The notes beneath the pieces are model-generated. The model worked only from the letters and a program-made list of their open reading frames with translations, did no database searches and was not told the origin of the DNA. A stretch of 64,000 nucleotides of DNA, taken from the NCBI GenBank assembly GCA_964496035.1, contig CAZBXI010000001.1:1126-65125 (forward strand). The letters run 5' to 3'. Positions within the stretch are counted from its first letter, which is position 1. Each line of letters begins with the position of its first letter. A program made the position numbers and the translations under genes. This DNA comes from an uncultured Desulfurococcales archaeon. GTDB taxonomy: Archaea > Thermoproteota > Thermoprotei_A > EX4484-217-1. Positions 1 to 10,257 of this stretch are shown here, piece by piece.

Positions 1-2623
1 AATCTACATTACACCGCTAAAAGCGTTAATAAACGACATAACCCGAAGGTTAAAATGGTGGGCTGATAAGCTCGGATTTACCGTTGCTCGGAAACATGGC
101 GATGTACCGTCATATGAGAAAGTTAAGAGACTTAGGAATGTTCCACATATAATAGTTACAACGCCTGAAGGTCTAGAAATAGATTTGGATTGGGCACCTA
201 AATTCAGAAAGTACTATTCAAATGTAAAATGGGTCATTATAGACGAGGTTCACGAGCTATTATCATCTAAAAGAGGTGTACAGCTATCAGTACTTTTAGA
301 AAGGCTTAAGGAAATAGCTGGGAGAGACTTCCAAAGAATAGGTCTTTCAGCAACAATAGGTAATCCTGAAGTAGTTGCTAAGCTTATTTTCGGGTCTTCT
401 AAAAGAAAGCAAGTCATAATTAATGCTTGTGAAGAAAAAAGCATAATTTTCGAAATAGACTCTGTGAATGCTAATGATGATGAGGAACTATGGAATTTAG
501 TCTCGGAAAAAATAGTAAAACGTATTGAAGGACAAAGCTTGGTTTTCGTAAATTCTAGAGCGGCAGCTGAAAGACTTCATGAAGTCTTAGAGAAACATGG
601 TTTAAACAACGTAGGAGTACATCATTCATCAGTTTCTAAGGAATTAAGATTTGAAATGGAAAATATGCTCGATAGCGGAAAACTATCCTGTATTGTCTGC
701 ACTAAGACGTTGGAATTAGGAATAGATCTCGGAAATATAAGTAAGATTATACAGTTTCAACCTCCGGGCTCAATTACCACACTATTGCAGAGAACGGGTA
801 GAAGCGGGCACAGTATTAATGCGAGCTCTAAGGGATTAATTATTTGTTTAAGTAGCGTAGATGTTTTAGAGGCCTTAGCAACAGTCATGTTAGCTTTAAA
901 TAGAGACCTTGAAGAACCATGTATTCTTGAATGTCCTCTTGACGTTTTAGCAAAAGAAATTCTAGGAATGATTCTTCAATATGGAAAAATAGACCCAAAT
1001 ACAATATATAAGATCATCAAGAAAGCATACCCTTACAGAAAACTAAGCTTAAACGATTTCATTAAGTTACTAAACTACCTTGTAAAGAACGGGCTAATAT
1101 GCTGGGACCTTAAGGAACGTAAGCTTAAACTAGGTTCTATGTTCTTTAAAATATGGAGATTTAATTTAAACAGCAACTTTAAAACATGGTGGATGAAAAG
1201 TTTTTCAGAGTTTTTCACAACAATAGGCGAAAGATCTTCATTTCAAGTAAAATATGGAAACCAGGTAATAGGTGATGTAGATTCCCATTACGTTTATAGG
1301 TTTTTAAGGGTAGGCGACGTATTTAGGCTTTCAGGTAAAAATTGGAAAGTCGTTGAAATAGACGATTCATTAATGAAAATAAGTGTTATTCCTTCGACAC
1401 AAGATGAAGCTGAAATACCTATTTGGAGAAGTGGAGGGGTTAGAAGGCCAACTAAATTGTCAAAGACTATGGGTTATCTGCTTTCTAAACTTACATTAGG
1501 AAGCAAGGTTTCATATGAAAACATTATAATTCATGAAGATGCTTGTAAAGCTCTTGAAAACTTAGTTAAAGAGATTAAATCAAGAAAAGTAAAGTTACCG
1601 GATGAGAAGACTATGATTGTGGAGCGAAGCGGTAATGAGTGCACATTTCTCTATTGGATGGGTCAAAACGTAGCGGAGACTTTGGCCCACATACTCTTAT
1701 ACCTTATTTCAACTAAGTATACATTGAATGTTCAAGTAAAAGTTTCGCATATAGGTTTTTCTGTTAAAGTAAATGATGTAGACCCTATAAAAATACTTAT
1801 GAGCATAGACCCTGGTGAAGTAGAGGAGCTCGTCACCAAGTCTTTGCAAAGATCACCTCTCTATTACTACACTTTAAAAGAATTGCAGTTAAGCTTTGGG
1901 AAAGTAGGTAGGATAGATACTGGAGATGATGTTATAAGCGAGGAAGCAACGAAGCAAGTTCTAATGCAATATATGGACATTGAGAGTACTAAGGAGTTAA
2001 TTAGGAAGATAAGAAACGGAGAAATAAAGGTTGTAGTATTAAATGGCACTGAATCTCCCTTGAGTACGTACGTTAAGAAAATGCCACCTATAAGACCGTG
2101 GATTAAAGACTCAACATTGCTCATAATACAGACGCTAGAGCACATAGCATTAACTGCTGATGAACTTTCTGAAATACTTGAAATACCACGTAAAACTATA
2201 GAACACAAGCTAAAAGAATTAAGAAAACCCGGTAATGTTGATAGAGTTACATGCTTTATAGACATAGATATAGCTGAGTGGAGATGGGTTCTCTTAAGAA
2301 ATATTAGAGAAATATGTATGTCTTCAGAATATAATACCTCATTTAAGCCCATAGACTTAGATGAAACATTCATTCTATACGTTAAACCGTTAAATGAAAG
2401 TTCCTACTATATACTATACTTCACAGCACGTGAAATACTGAATAATATCAATGATTTCACATCTAGAATACCTTCAGATGAAGTATATGAATTGAGAGTA
2501 TTGCCTCTAGACAATATTCTTAGAACATTTGCACCAAAATACTTTTATGTAGCTAAAAAAGCTGTACCATATATAGCACTCAATGGCGTTACATATTTAC
2601 AAATAATTAGAGGCTACAGGTAA
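1..2623 (+). CDS. lhr: Lhr-like large ATP-dependent helicase, 5' partial; the reading frame is open from the window start (codons from position 2), upstream of the TTG start proposed in the ORF track
   Basis: The translation from position 2 (IYITPLKALINDITRR...HGDVPSYEKVKRLRNVPHIIVTTPEGLE...VIIDEVHELLSSKRG) aligns closely with the paralog at 35212..38025 (IYITPLRALNRDIMRR...HGDTPKNERRKIIRNPPHIIITTPE...VIIDELHELICSKRG). It has a DEAH-box Walker B, helicase motif VI (QRTGRSGH), and a long winged-helix/domain-4 C-terminus typical of Lhr-Core. Confidence 0.8.
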   Translation, partial: IYITPLKALINDITRRLKWWADKLGFTVARKHGDVPSYEKVKRLRNVPHIIVTTPEGLEIDLDWAPKFRKYYSNVKWVIIDEVHELLSSKRGVQLSVLLERLKEIAGRDFQRIGLSATIGNPEVVAKLIFGSSKRKQVIINACEEKSIIFEIDSVNANDDEELWNLVSEKIVKRIEGQSLVFVNSRAAAERLHEVLEKHGLNNVGVHHSSVSKELRFEMENMLDSGKLSCIVCTKTLELGIDLGNISKIIQFQPPGSITTLLQRTGRSGHSINASSKGLIICLSSVDVLEALATVMLALNRDLEEPCILECPLDVLAKEILGMILQYGKIDPNTIYKIIKKAYPYRKLSLNDFIKLLNYLVKNGLICWDLKERKLKLGSMFFKIWRFNLNSNFKTWWMKSFSEFFTTIGERSSFQVKYGNQVIGDVDSHYVYRFLRVGDVFRLSGKNWKVVEIDDSLMKISVIPSTQDEAEIPIWRSGGVRRPTKLSKTMGYLLSKLTLGSKVSYENIIIHEDACKALENLVKEIKSRKVKLPDEKTMIVERSGNECTFLYWMGQNVAETLAHILLYLISTKYTLNVQVKVSHIGFSVKVNDVDPIKILMSIDPGEVEELVTKSLQRSPLYYYTLKELQLSFGKVGRIDTGDDVISEEATKQVLMQYMDIESTKELIRKIRNGEIKVVVLNGTESPLSTYVKKMPPIRPWIKDSTLLIIQTLEHIALTADELSEILEIPRKTIEHKLKELRKPGNVDRVTCFIDIDIAEWRWVLLRNIREICMSSEYNTSFKPIDLDETFILYVKPLNESSYYILYFTAREILNNINDFTSRIPSDEVYELRVLPLDNILRTFAPKYFYVAKKAVPYIALNGVTYLQIIRGYR

Positions 2624-2630
2624 TACTCTA

Positions 2631-3380
2631 TCATTTTGCTTCTACTTCTACACAGTTTTGTAGTTTATTGTATAACTCTTTAGGTTTCTTAGTGTAAAGT
2701 CTGATTCTTGTAATGTTTTTCCCTGTCATTACTGTTTCCTGAACGATATCCAAGTCAACAAAACATCTCTTTTCATTATATGAGATGTTTCTTACCTTTA
2801 TAGGGAATGAAAAAGTATATCCAGGCCCTGTTTCGGAGTATATGCCTTTCTCCGTTACTATGTAATCATTAAGTATCATCATTGTTGTAAAACCTCTTCT
2901 TTTAGCTAAAATGTTTTGAATAAACCTTGAAATTAATGTTACCACGAAGAAGCTTTCGTAAAGTATAATATATCTTACGAAGCGCTCTAAGAATTCTAGT
3001 TTTTCTGCCTCTCCTACTATTGCTTCTCTCAGATGAGGAAGGAATATGAGAAGTATAATGATAGATATGAATGGTAGCATCATGGACACAAATTGACCTT
3101 TCATCTCTGATACTAGAAGTCTATCTCTGGTCATTAGTTGTCGAACTTCTGCTGCTTTTGCTCTAAACATTCTCTTAGCTTTCTTTATTACATCTAAATC
3201 CTTTACTTTACCTTTAAACATTTTCCTGGCGAAATAGAACATTAACGCACCAAATACGAGGACATATATTACTATGAAGTAAATAATGTAGCCTGGAGGT
3301 AACCAAGCATTTGCAAATGCGAAGCTTATTAGAAGCACCTGGCTTAAGCCGTACTGCATAAAGAACCTTTTAAACTTCAT
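2631..3380 (-). CDS. membrane protein (3 predicted TM helices plus a coiled-coil/soluble tail); possibly DUF106 / YidC-Oxa1-EMC3-like
   Basis: N-terminal hydrophobic helices and a basic cytoplasmic loop. The architecture resembles archaeal DUF106; the family assignment is a guess. Confidence 0.35.
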   Translation of the reverse strand: MKFKRFFMQYGLSQVLLISFAFANAWLPPGYIIYFIVIYVLVFGALMFYFARKMFKGKVKDLDVIKKAKRMFRAKAAEVRQLMTRDRLLVSEMKGQFVSMMLPFISIIILLIFLPHLREAIVGEAEKLEFLERFVRYIILYESFFVVTLISRFIQNILAKRRGFTTMMILNDYIVTEKGIYSETGPGYTFSFPIKVRNISYNEKRCFVDLDIVQETVMTGKNITRIRLYTKKPKELYNKLQNCVEVEAK

Positions 3381-3468
3381 GTGTATTCATCCTCAGAAAC
3401 GTAACTAAACCGTTTAAATTTAAAACTTTATGGAAATTAATATATTTTTGCCTCTACAGAACTACAAG

Positions 3469-3525
3469 TGGAGTGATGAATGAACCCGGATCTGATTGAT
3501 GATTGCATGTGGAAGGACTGACCAT
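3469..3525 (+). ncRNA. candidate C/D-box sRNA (C GUGAUGA, D' CUGA, C' UUGAUGA, D CUGA)
   Basis: Intergenic. C box gtgatga 3473-3479, 12-nt guide 3480-3491, D' ctga 3492-3495, C' ttgatga 3496-3502, 15-nt guide, D ctga 3518-3521. Total about 50 nt. Confidence 0.5.
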
Positions 3526-3593
3526 GGAAAAGACCGATGAAGAACAAGTAAGATACCGAGATGTGACGAAGTTATCCCCGTCGGAGGTCTAAA

Positions 3594-4184
3594 ATGAGGT
3601 TCGTAAAAAATATTCACCTAGTAGTGAACTTAAAACCCCAAGTTCTGACTACTAGGTTTTTGAAAGCAGCTAAGGACTATGGGCTCTCAGTAATTGATGT
3701 TAATGAAGAAGAAAGGTCGTTAAGACTCATTATACCTATTAAGATGTATCCTCTTGTACCCGAGCTTATTGAGGAATATTGTAGCTACTCTGAATTCCAA
3801 ATATTCTCCAAGGCAAAGCATAACATGTCTGCTACGAAACTTAGAAAAATACATAAAGAACTAAAACTTGTTAGCAACTATGTCTGCTGGTTTATTGAAC
3901 CACCTAACTCCTATCCCAGAATACTTGGAGTCATGTTGACAGACTACGGTAGCGTATATACTGAAATATATCCTGCCAGAAGTAGAGCTAAAGGAGCTGT
4001 TACCTTAAAATACATAAGCAGTAAGTTAATACTTCATACAATTCACTACACCACTATATCGTCATCCTATACCTTTATAGCATATAAAGGAAGAAACGAA
4101 TACTATTACACCATAGACAATGCGATAAGAAGCTTAAGTATATGCGAGAAAGTATTAAAGAAGGCATTTACAGAGAGTAAGTAG
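3594..4184 (+). CDS. hypothetical protein
   Basis: 196-aa ORF with no recognisable motif. Confidence 0.4.
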   Translation: MRFVKNIHLVVNLKPQVLTTRFLKAAKDYGLSVIDVNEEERSLRLIIPIKMYPLVPELIEEYCSYSEFQIFSKAKHNMSATKLRKIHKELKLVSNYVCWFIEPPNSYPRILGVMLTDYGSVYTEIYPARSRAKGAVTLKYISSKLILHTIHYTTISSSYTFIAYKGRNEYYYTIDNAIRSLSICEKVLKKAFTESK

Positions 4185-4185
4185 G

Positions 4186-4243
4186 ATGATGAATGCCCTA
4201 TCCTTTGAGGAGTCAATGAAGAATAGTAATCCCGTCTGACTTA
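4186..4243 (+). ncRNA. candidate C/D-box sRNA in the 3' region of the preceding gene
   Basis: Perfect C box atgatga 4186-4192, 12-nt guide, degenerate D' ttga 4205-4208, degenerate C' atgaaga 4216-4222, 13-nt guide, perfect D ctga 4236-4239. Total 54 nt. Flanking taag/ctta could form a terminal stem. Confidence 0.4.
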
Positions 4244-4795
4244 AATAACTTTTCTTATAGTTTTTGTAGCTGCGTCATGGTAAACTAGGGCTGCATTCTT
4301 CAGTAACTCCAATAGCTTTGCTTCTTCTTTACTTAACTTCTTAACATCATCAACAGGCAAGGGAAGCTTGTTTAGAAATTCTTCAAGCTTAGGCTTATAT
4401 ACTAAATATGCTTTTCCTGCTGCATGTATTACGTCCAATACACCATTGAAAACTAGTTTTTCTATTCTTTCGCGAGAAACCTTTATTTTATCCATAGGAT
4501 ATACGACTACGTCTTTCATAAACTCTACAAACCTATCATGTCTGGGTTTAGGTAGTTCCCTTCTTACGCCAATGGTTTTCTTTAATTCACTAACTTCTTT
4601 CTCGAGCTTATCTATTCTTTTAGCGACACTATATATTAAGCCTTCAAAATATTCTGTTCTCATACTTATCAAGAATTCTAGTACTTCATTTATGCTGGTT
4701 TTCTTGCCGAGAATTTTTTCGAAAAGCTTACTAAGCGATTCAAGTTTCTCATATACTTCATCACTTATTGTGATAGTTCTAGGCACTATTCTCAC
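4241..4795 (-). CDS. hypothetical protein with an N-terminal ribbon-helix-helix-like segment
   Basis: N-terminus RTITISDEVYEKLESLSKL resembles a CopG/RHH beta-strand plus helix; the rest is a coiled-coil-like, K/E-rich sequence. Confidence 0.4.
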   Translation of the reverse strand: MRIVPRTITISDEVYEKLESLSKLFEKILGKKTSINEVLEFLISMRTEYFEGLIYSVAKRIDKLEKEVSELKKTIGVRRELPKPRHDRFVEFMKDVVVYPMDKIKVSRERIEKLVFNGVLDVIHAAGKAYLVYKPKLEEFLNKLPLPVDDVKKLSKEEAKLLELLKNAALVYHDAATKTIRKVI

Positions 4796-4839
4796 TTATG
4801 TTAAACTAGTAGATAACGGTATAAATATTAGCATGACAC

Positions 4840-7800
4840 TTACGCTAGAGCTTTTTCTTTCACTGTGATTGTTGTTAAAAGCTGTTGAAGTTCCGAATAG
4901 AGTTCCTTTAGTACATCTAAATAATTTACCGCTCCATTTTCTATTGCTCTCATGCGCTGCTCTAGTTTTCTTGTCGTTTCCTCGGAAATGAAAGGCTTAA
5001 AGTGTATAGTGAGATAGTTGTAAATGCTTCTTCCTACAGTAGTAGGTACTAAATACTTGTTCTTGCTCTCTATGACATAGCCTCTTCTCAGCAATGTACT
5101 TAGGATCTTAACATACGTTGAAGGTCTTCCTATGCCCTTTTCTTTCATTAGCTTTATTACATCTCCTTGTCTGTACAGTTTCTCAATAGAGCCTTTCCAC
5201 ATTCTATGTTCGACTATTCTTAAGATGCTTCCCTTCCGTATATTGCGCCATTCTTCATGAACTTTTATAGGGAGTACTTTTAGAAACCCTTCATCAATAA
5301 TTTTAGACACAAATTCTACTACAGCAACGTTTTCTCCTATCTTTATATATAACCTATTTTTCTCAACAACAGCTTTCGCCATTTGACTTGCTATGAAACG
5401 TCTAAATATCATATCGTAAACTCTATAATGGTTATGAGTAAGATTAACATGAACCCTTATTGTTCCTGTCAAAACCATCTTCTTTAGGGTTTCTGCATCA
5501 ACAGGTCTTGTAGGTCTTATACATTCATGCGCTCCCTCCGAACTCCATGATCTTGGCTTAAATAAAGTACCTACTTTAAGAGCATCACATATGTAGTTCC
5601 TCGCTATTTCTATACCATGTTTTGATACTCTTATGCTGTCTGTTCTATGATATGTTATGAGACCTGATTCGAACAATTGCTGAAGTATTTTCATAGCATA
5701 TCTTGAATCCATTCCAAAACGCGTCGAAAGTTCGTGAAGTAGGGTATTAGTGTTGTAGGGGGGTGGCGGGTGTAATTCTTCAATGTTGCTTGACTTGATC
5801 AGTATCAGGGCTCCATGTTTAACATAGTCTTTAATAATTTTCCTGTCAATATGAGGCTCATAATCTATTCTTACAGCTAATCCGTTTTCCAGCACATATT
5901 CTACGAAAAGTCTGCGGGTTTTCTTCCATTTTTCATATTTTTCTATTATCCATCCTAGTACTGGTGTTTGTACTCTTCCTGCTGATAGCCAGTGCATTCC
6001 AAACCTCTTCCACAAAATAGGGCTCAAACTAAAACCAATCCACCTATCCTCAATACGCCTAACAATTTGAGCTTCAACAAGCCTTAGATTTATATTCCGT
6101 GGATTAGCTAAAGCATTTATAATGGCTTTCCTCGTGATTTCATGAAACTCTATCCTATAGATCCTTTCTACATATGGTTTTAACAGTACGTAAACATCCC
6201 ATGCGATTTTCTCTCCTTCACTATCAGGATCCGTACCAATAAATACCACTTCGACTTCCTGGGCAAGCTTCCTTAACGTCTTTATTATCTCCTTCGAGTC
6301 AAGTATTTTTGTGGAACTGCATCTGGGACAACTAGTAGTGTCTAATGTAAATTGGTGACCGCAGCTTCTACAACGCTTAATTGTCGTATATATTGGAGTA
6401 GTAACATTATCAAGTAGTACACCATAGTGTCCTACTTCGACATCTGAAGCTAAGTCTAATATGTGACCCTTAGTAGCTACTATGGTTACCATGTAGTCCT
6501 TAGTGCCGAGAATAGGGTCGCCGATTATGGTTTCATATGCTACAATTCTGCCTATTCTTCTTTTAGAAGGCTTACCAAAAAATGATGCTATGGTTTTGGC
6601 TTTTGTCGGGGATTCAACAATCATAAGAGCTGATATGACGGGTTCTTTAAATGTAGCTCTTATCTTACCTTCAAGTATACTCCTAACGTAGGCTCTATCT
6701 CTATCTATTTCCTCCAGTATTTTGCCCAAATTGACTTCGTTTATATGCTTTATAGAAAAACCATCTATATAATAGGCTAGCTGTTTACACAGTGCTTCGA
6801 ATACTCTTCTATCATCTACTATGATTATTGATAACCCCTTAGTCATTCCGTTAGCAAACATTCTTGATGTTCTACCGCTTGCTTGAATATAAGTCATAAT
6901 ATCTGGAGTTACAATGTACAAATTATTCTTTACTTCTCTGAGAAGCAATATCTTGCTTTCCTTAACCTTACGCCTTATTTTTTCGATATTTATTTTAGAT
7001 AGTATGTACTCCTTAATCTCCACTAAGAACTGACGTACTTTCTCTAGGAACCCCTCTAAGACAATATCCTCCCTAAGGGCTTTTATAAGCAATCTATATT
7101 CTCTATAGCTTAGCTTCTCAATAATTTTTCTTAGCTTATTAGCATACTCGTTTACCTTCTCTTTATCCTCGCCATCCACAACATCACTAAGTACGAGGAG
7201 CATTGAAAGTATTTTTAGCGGATTATTAAGACCTTTATCTAGTGCTAGCTGAAACTTTGGAACACCTAGAAAAAGAGCATATCTTACTTTGTCAGGTAGG
7301 TCAAGTCCTCTAACTATTACACCATAATAGCTGGCAACACCTACTAAAACATCTACTTTACCACTTGAAAATTTTTCAATAAAACCTCTTCTTGAAGATG
7401 AGGCTAAGGAGGCCTTTACACTATTTTCGATAAGGTATGTAGTAAGTTCCTTTGCAACCTTTAATCCAAAATCTTGAGAAACAAAAACTAAACCGCCAGG
7501 ACCTAATGTTTTAACCAAGTCGAGTATTTGCCTTTTATAATCAATACCTATATCAACATAAACGTCTACAATGTTTCTCATGTACTCAATGACAGTTCCT
7601 GCTTCAAAATTTAATAGTTCTCTAAAAATCTTTGACCTAAGCCCTCTACTTCTTCCTGTAGCGCTGCTAACTATAACTTGCCCTATCTCATGATTTCTCA
7701 TAAAGTTTTCTATTTCTCCCTTAATTTCTGTTATTTCCTTCTTTTTCTTTTCAATAAGGTCTTGAGGGGCATTAGATAATAATAGCCTAAGAAGCTCTAC

Positions 7801-8556
7801 CTTGCTTAATACTACCCGGTAGGCTTTGTCTACTATATCTTTACTGAAACCTATTAGTTGAAGAACTCTGTCTACATTCCTAGAATTTCTTAGAAGAGCA
7901 TCTACATCATCAACTATAATTAGCGAGAACTTATGCTTGGCTATTACGCTAAAGTTTTTAGATAGTTGAGCTGCTGTAGATACCAGAATGTCGAATGTTT
8001 CCCCAGACATGGACTCTAGTAACTTGTTTTTACTAAGCAATTGCCTATCTAACGCAAGAACTTTGATATTTAGATTATTCGTGTTTACTATTTCTAGAAT
8101 TTTACTGTAAACTTGCCTTAATAGAACCCTGGTGGGTACAATGAAATAAACTCTTCCTCTTCCCTTAACTGCATGATATATACTATACACTATAAGAAAT
8201 GTTGTCTTACCTACACCTGTAGGAGCTATTATTGCAAAACTTTCTCCTCGGATAATTCTTTTAGCCCATGTTCTTTGAGCACTCCATGGAGTTTTACCTG
8301 TAACGTTCTCGAAGAATTTCAAAAAATCCGAAAGTTCAGCGTTTAAACGGTAAACTTCATTAAATTTTCTTAAGGTTCCCTCAGATAGAAGCTTCTTCCA
8401 CACATACTTCACTCTATCTTCAAGTTTCTCCATTACACTATGTTCTATAGTACTTGATGGTAGACACTTCTTGCATGGTAAACCTAGTTCTAGTCTTTCT
8501 GAGGATATTGCATCTTCACAATTAGGGCATGCTCCCCGGATTACAGCATAAGGCAA
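4840..8556 (-). CDS. rgy: reverse gyrase
   Basis: 1238 aa. N-terminal Zn finger (CPNCEDA...CKKC). SF2 helicase Walker A APTGVGKTT and DEAD-like DDVD. TOPRIM (IVESPTKAKTIA, DPDSEGEKIA). Topo IA active-site Tyr context ITYHRTDS. A second Zn ribbon sits in the topoisomerase part. Confidence 0.95.
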   Translation of the reverse strand: MPYAVIRGACPNCEDAISSERLELGLPCKKCLPSSTIEHSVMEKLEDRVKYVWKKLLSEGTLRKFNEVYRLNAELSDFLKFFENVTGKTPWSAQRTWAKRIIRGESFAIIAPTGVGKTTFLIVYSIYHAVKGRGRVYFIVPTRVLLRQVYSKILEIVNTNNLNIKVLALDRQLLSKNKLLESMSGETFDILVSTAAQLSKNFSVIAKHKFSLIIVDDVDALLRNSRNVDRVLQLIGFSKDIVDKAYRVVLSKVELLRLLLSNAPQDLIEKKKKEITEIKGEIENFMRNHEIGQVIVSSATGRSRGLRSKIFRELLNFEAGTVIEYMRNIVDVYVDIGIDYKRQILDLVKTLGPGGLVFVSQDFGLKVAKELTTYLIENSVKASLASSSRRGFIEKFSSGKVDVLVGVASYYGVIVRGLDLPDKVRYALFLGVPKFQLALDKGLNNPLKILSMLLVLSDVVDGEDKEKVNEYANKLRKIIEKLSYREYRLLIKALREDIVLEGFLEKVRQFLVEIKEYILSKINIEKIRRKVKESKILLLREVKNNLYIVTPDIMTYIQASGRTSRMFANGMTKGLSIIIVDDRRVFEALCKQLAYYIDGFSIKHINEVNLGKILEEIDRDRAYVRSILEGKIRATFKEPVISALMIVESPTKAKTIASFFGKPSKRRIGRIVAYETIIGDPILGTKDYMVTIVATKGHILDLASDVEVGHYGVLLDNVTTPIYTTIKRCRSCGHQFTLDTTSCPRCSSTKILDSKEIIKTLRKLAQEVEVVFIGTDPDSEGEKIAWDVYVLLKPYVERIYRIEFHEITRKAIINALANPRNINLRLVEAQIVRRIEDRWIGFSLSPILWKRFGMHWLSAGRVQTPVLGWIIEKYEKWKKTRRLFVEYVLENGLAVRIDYEPHIDRKIIKDYVKHGALILIKSSNIEELHPPPPYNTNTLLHELSTRFGMDSRYAMKILQQLFESGLITYHRTDSIRVSKHGIEIARNYICDALKVGTLFKPRSWSSEGAHECIRPTRPVDAETLKKMVLTGTIRVHVNLTHNHYRVYDMIFRRFIASQMAKAVVEKNRLYIKIGENVAVVEFVSKIIDEGFLKVLPIKVHEEWRNIRKGSILRIVEHRMWKGSIEKLYRQGDVIKLMKEKGIGRPSTYVKILSTLLRRGYVIESKNKYLVPTTVGRSIYNYLTIHFKPFISEETTRKLEQRMRAIENGAVNYLDVLKELYSELQQLLTTITVKEKALA

Positions 8557-8639
8557 TACTTTTACCTAAATACTTCGTTAATGAAGCTTGCTTTAAATAA
8601 GACTTAAGAGGTAATAATACCGGTGTAGGTGCAAGCTGA

Positions 8640-10172
8640 ATGCCTATAACGGTAAAGGAAATGCGCATACGGGAGGTTAATTGTCAAGCGCTAGGTATTC
8701 CTACAAGAATGCTTATGGAAAATGCTGGTGCTCTTGTAGCAAAAATAATTGTAGATAGAATAGGTGTTAAGAGAAAAGCAGTAATATTTGCTGGCAAGGG
8801 AGGAAATGCTGGCGATGGCTTTGTTACTGCAAGGCATTTAGCAAGTTACGGTTTCAAGGTTTTTGTTTATCTCTTTTACAGCATTCACGACATAAGAAAC
8901 GAAGATACATTAGCGAATCTCGAAATTTTAAAGAACATGAGTGATGCTGTTAAGATTTTTGAGCAAGGAACATTTCCTTACGCTCCAGTAAGGGCAGACG
9001 TTATAGTAGATGCACTACTTGGCACGGGTATTAAGCCGCCACTACGTGAACCTATTAAGTCAGCTATAGAGATGTTCAATAGAAGCTTAGGCTTTAAGGT
9101 AGCTATTGATGCGCCTTCAGGCTTAAACCCTGATACAGGCGAGGTAATAGAAGAATGTGTTAAAGCCGACTTAACAGTTACTTTTCACGATGTGAAATAC
9201 GGTCTTTTAAGAGCTAAACAATACGTAGGCGAATTAGTGATTGTAAAAATAGGTATTCCACCAGAGGCATCATCGTACGTAGGTCCTGGAGATGTAATTT
9301 TCGAAGTACCAGCTAAACCTAAGGATGCACATAAAGGTGTAGGAGGTAGGGTGCTGGTTATTGGTGGATCAGAGCATTACACAGGTGCACCTGCTCTCTC
9401 AGCTATGGCTGCGCTAAAAGCCGGTGCCGACCTTGTTTTTATAGCTGCTCCTGAAAGCGCTGCTCCGATAATTTCTTCGTACTCACCTAACCTTATAGTT
9501 AGAAAAGTTCCAGGCAAAAACCTAAATGTGGAGGGCTTAAACATCATAGAGGAGTTAATAAGCAGAGTTAATGCTGTAGTTTTAGGCCCAGGAATAGGTT
9601 TATTTAAGGAAACAAAAGAAGCTGTAAAGGAACTTATTCCTTTAATCGTTAAGTTAGATAAGCCAGTAGTTATTGATGCTGATGCTCTTAAAATAATTGC
9701 TGAACAGCCTAATGCTGACTTTAAGGGAAAGGCTATTCTAACGCCGCATGCTAAAGAAGCTTCGATATTACTAGGGAAAGAGTGTGACATGGATTCGCTT
9801 TACAATAGATCTAAGGTAGCTAGAGAATTGTCTATTAAATACAATGCTGTGATTTTACTTAAAGGCCCTATAGACATTATAGCCTTTAGGAACATGGTTA
9901 AGTTCAATAGGACGGGGAATCAGGGGATGAGTGTAGGAGGTACGGGAGACACCTTGACAGGTATTATTGCAACGTTGCTTGCTAGAAAGGTTGAACCATT
10001 TAAGGCAGCATATATTGGCGCCTTCATAAACGGTCTTGCCGGAGACCTGGCCTATAGGGAGCTTGGTGAAAGACTGACAGCTACAGACGTCCTAGACAAC
10101 ATACCATTAGCGTTTAAGAAACCCTTAGAAAGCTACATTGAGACACAGAGAGTTCTTCATAAGTTTTTCTAG
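8640..10172 (+). CDS. nnr: bifunctional NAD(P)H-hydrate repair enzyme Nnr (YjeF_N epimerase plus ADP-dependent dehydratase)
   Basis: YjeF-N motifs (LMENAG, GKGGNAGDG) and a C-terminal carbohydrate-kinase-like domain with GGTGDTLTG. Confidence 0.85.
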   Translation: MPITVKEMRIREVNCQALGIPTRMLMENAGALVAKIIVDRIGVKRKAVIFAGKGGNAGDGFVTARHLASYGFKVFVYLFYSIHDIRNEDTLANLEILKNMSDAVKIFEQGTFPYAPVRADVIVDALLGTGIKPPLREPIKSAIEMFNRSLGFKVAIDAPSGLNPDTGEVIEECVKADLTVTFHDVKYGLLRAKQYVGELVIVKIGIPPEASSYVGPGDVIFEVPAKPKDAHKGVGGRVLVIGGSEHYTGAPALSAMAALKAGADLVFIAAPESAAPIISSYSPNLIVRKVPGKNLNVEGLNIIEELISRVNAVVLGPGIGLFKETKEAVKELIPLIVKLDKPVVIDADALKIIAEQPNADFKGKAILTPHAKEASILLGKECDMDSLYNRSKVARELSIKYNAVILLKGPIDIIAFRNMVKFNRTGNQGMSVGGTGDTLTGIIATLLARKVEPFKAAYIGAFINGLAGDLAYRELGERLTATDVLDNIPLAFKKPLESYIETQRVLHKFF

Positions 10173-10257
10173 ATAGTTTAAGAATAAAATTTATATGTAA
10201 GAACTAGGGTACTGTCTAGAAGGTTAAAAAGAATTTAAACACTTAGGGGCATAAGCT

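Noticed and set aside
470-530. AUGAUGA motif inside the first Lhr gene as a possible C/D sRNA
   Set aside because: No CUGA D box at the expected 45-60 nt distance, and it lies within a coding region.
1867-2373. Antisense ORFs inside large genes (e.g. 1867-2373, 4368-4868, 6503-6691, 9377-9790, 17985-18302, 19518-19877, 20880-21167, 42153-42548, 44264-44578, 49515-49829, 50146-50400)
   Set aside because: They lie entirely within and opposite to well-supported coding genes. Their products are low-complexity Ser/Leu/Ile-rich with no motifs, which is typical of AT-rich antisense artefacts.
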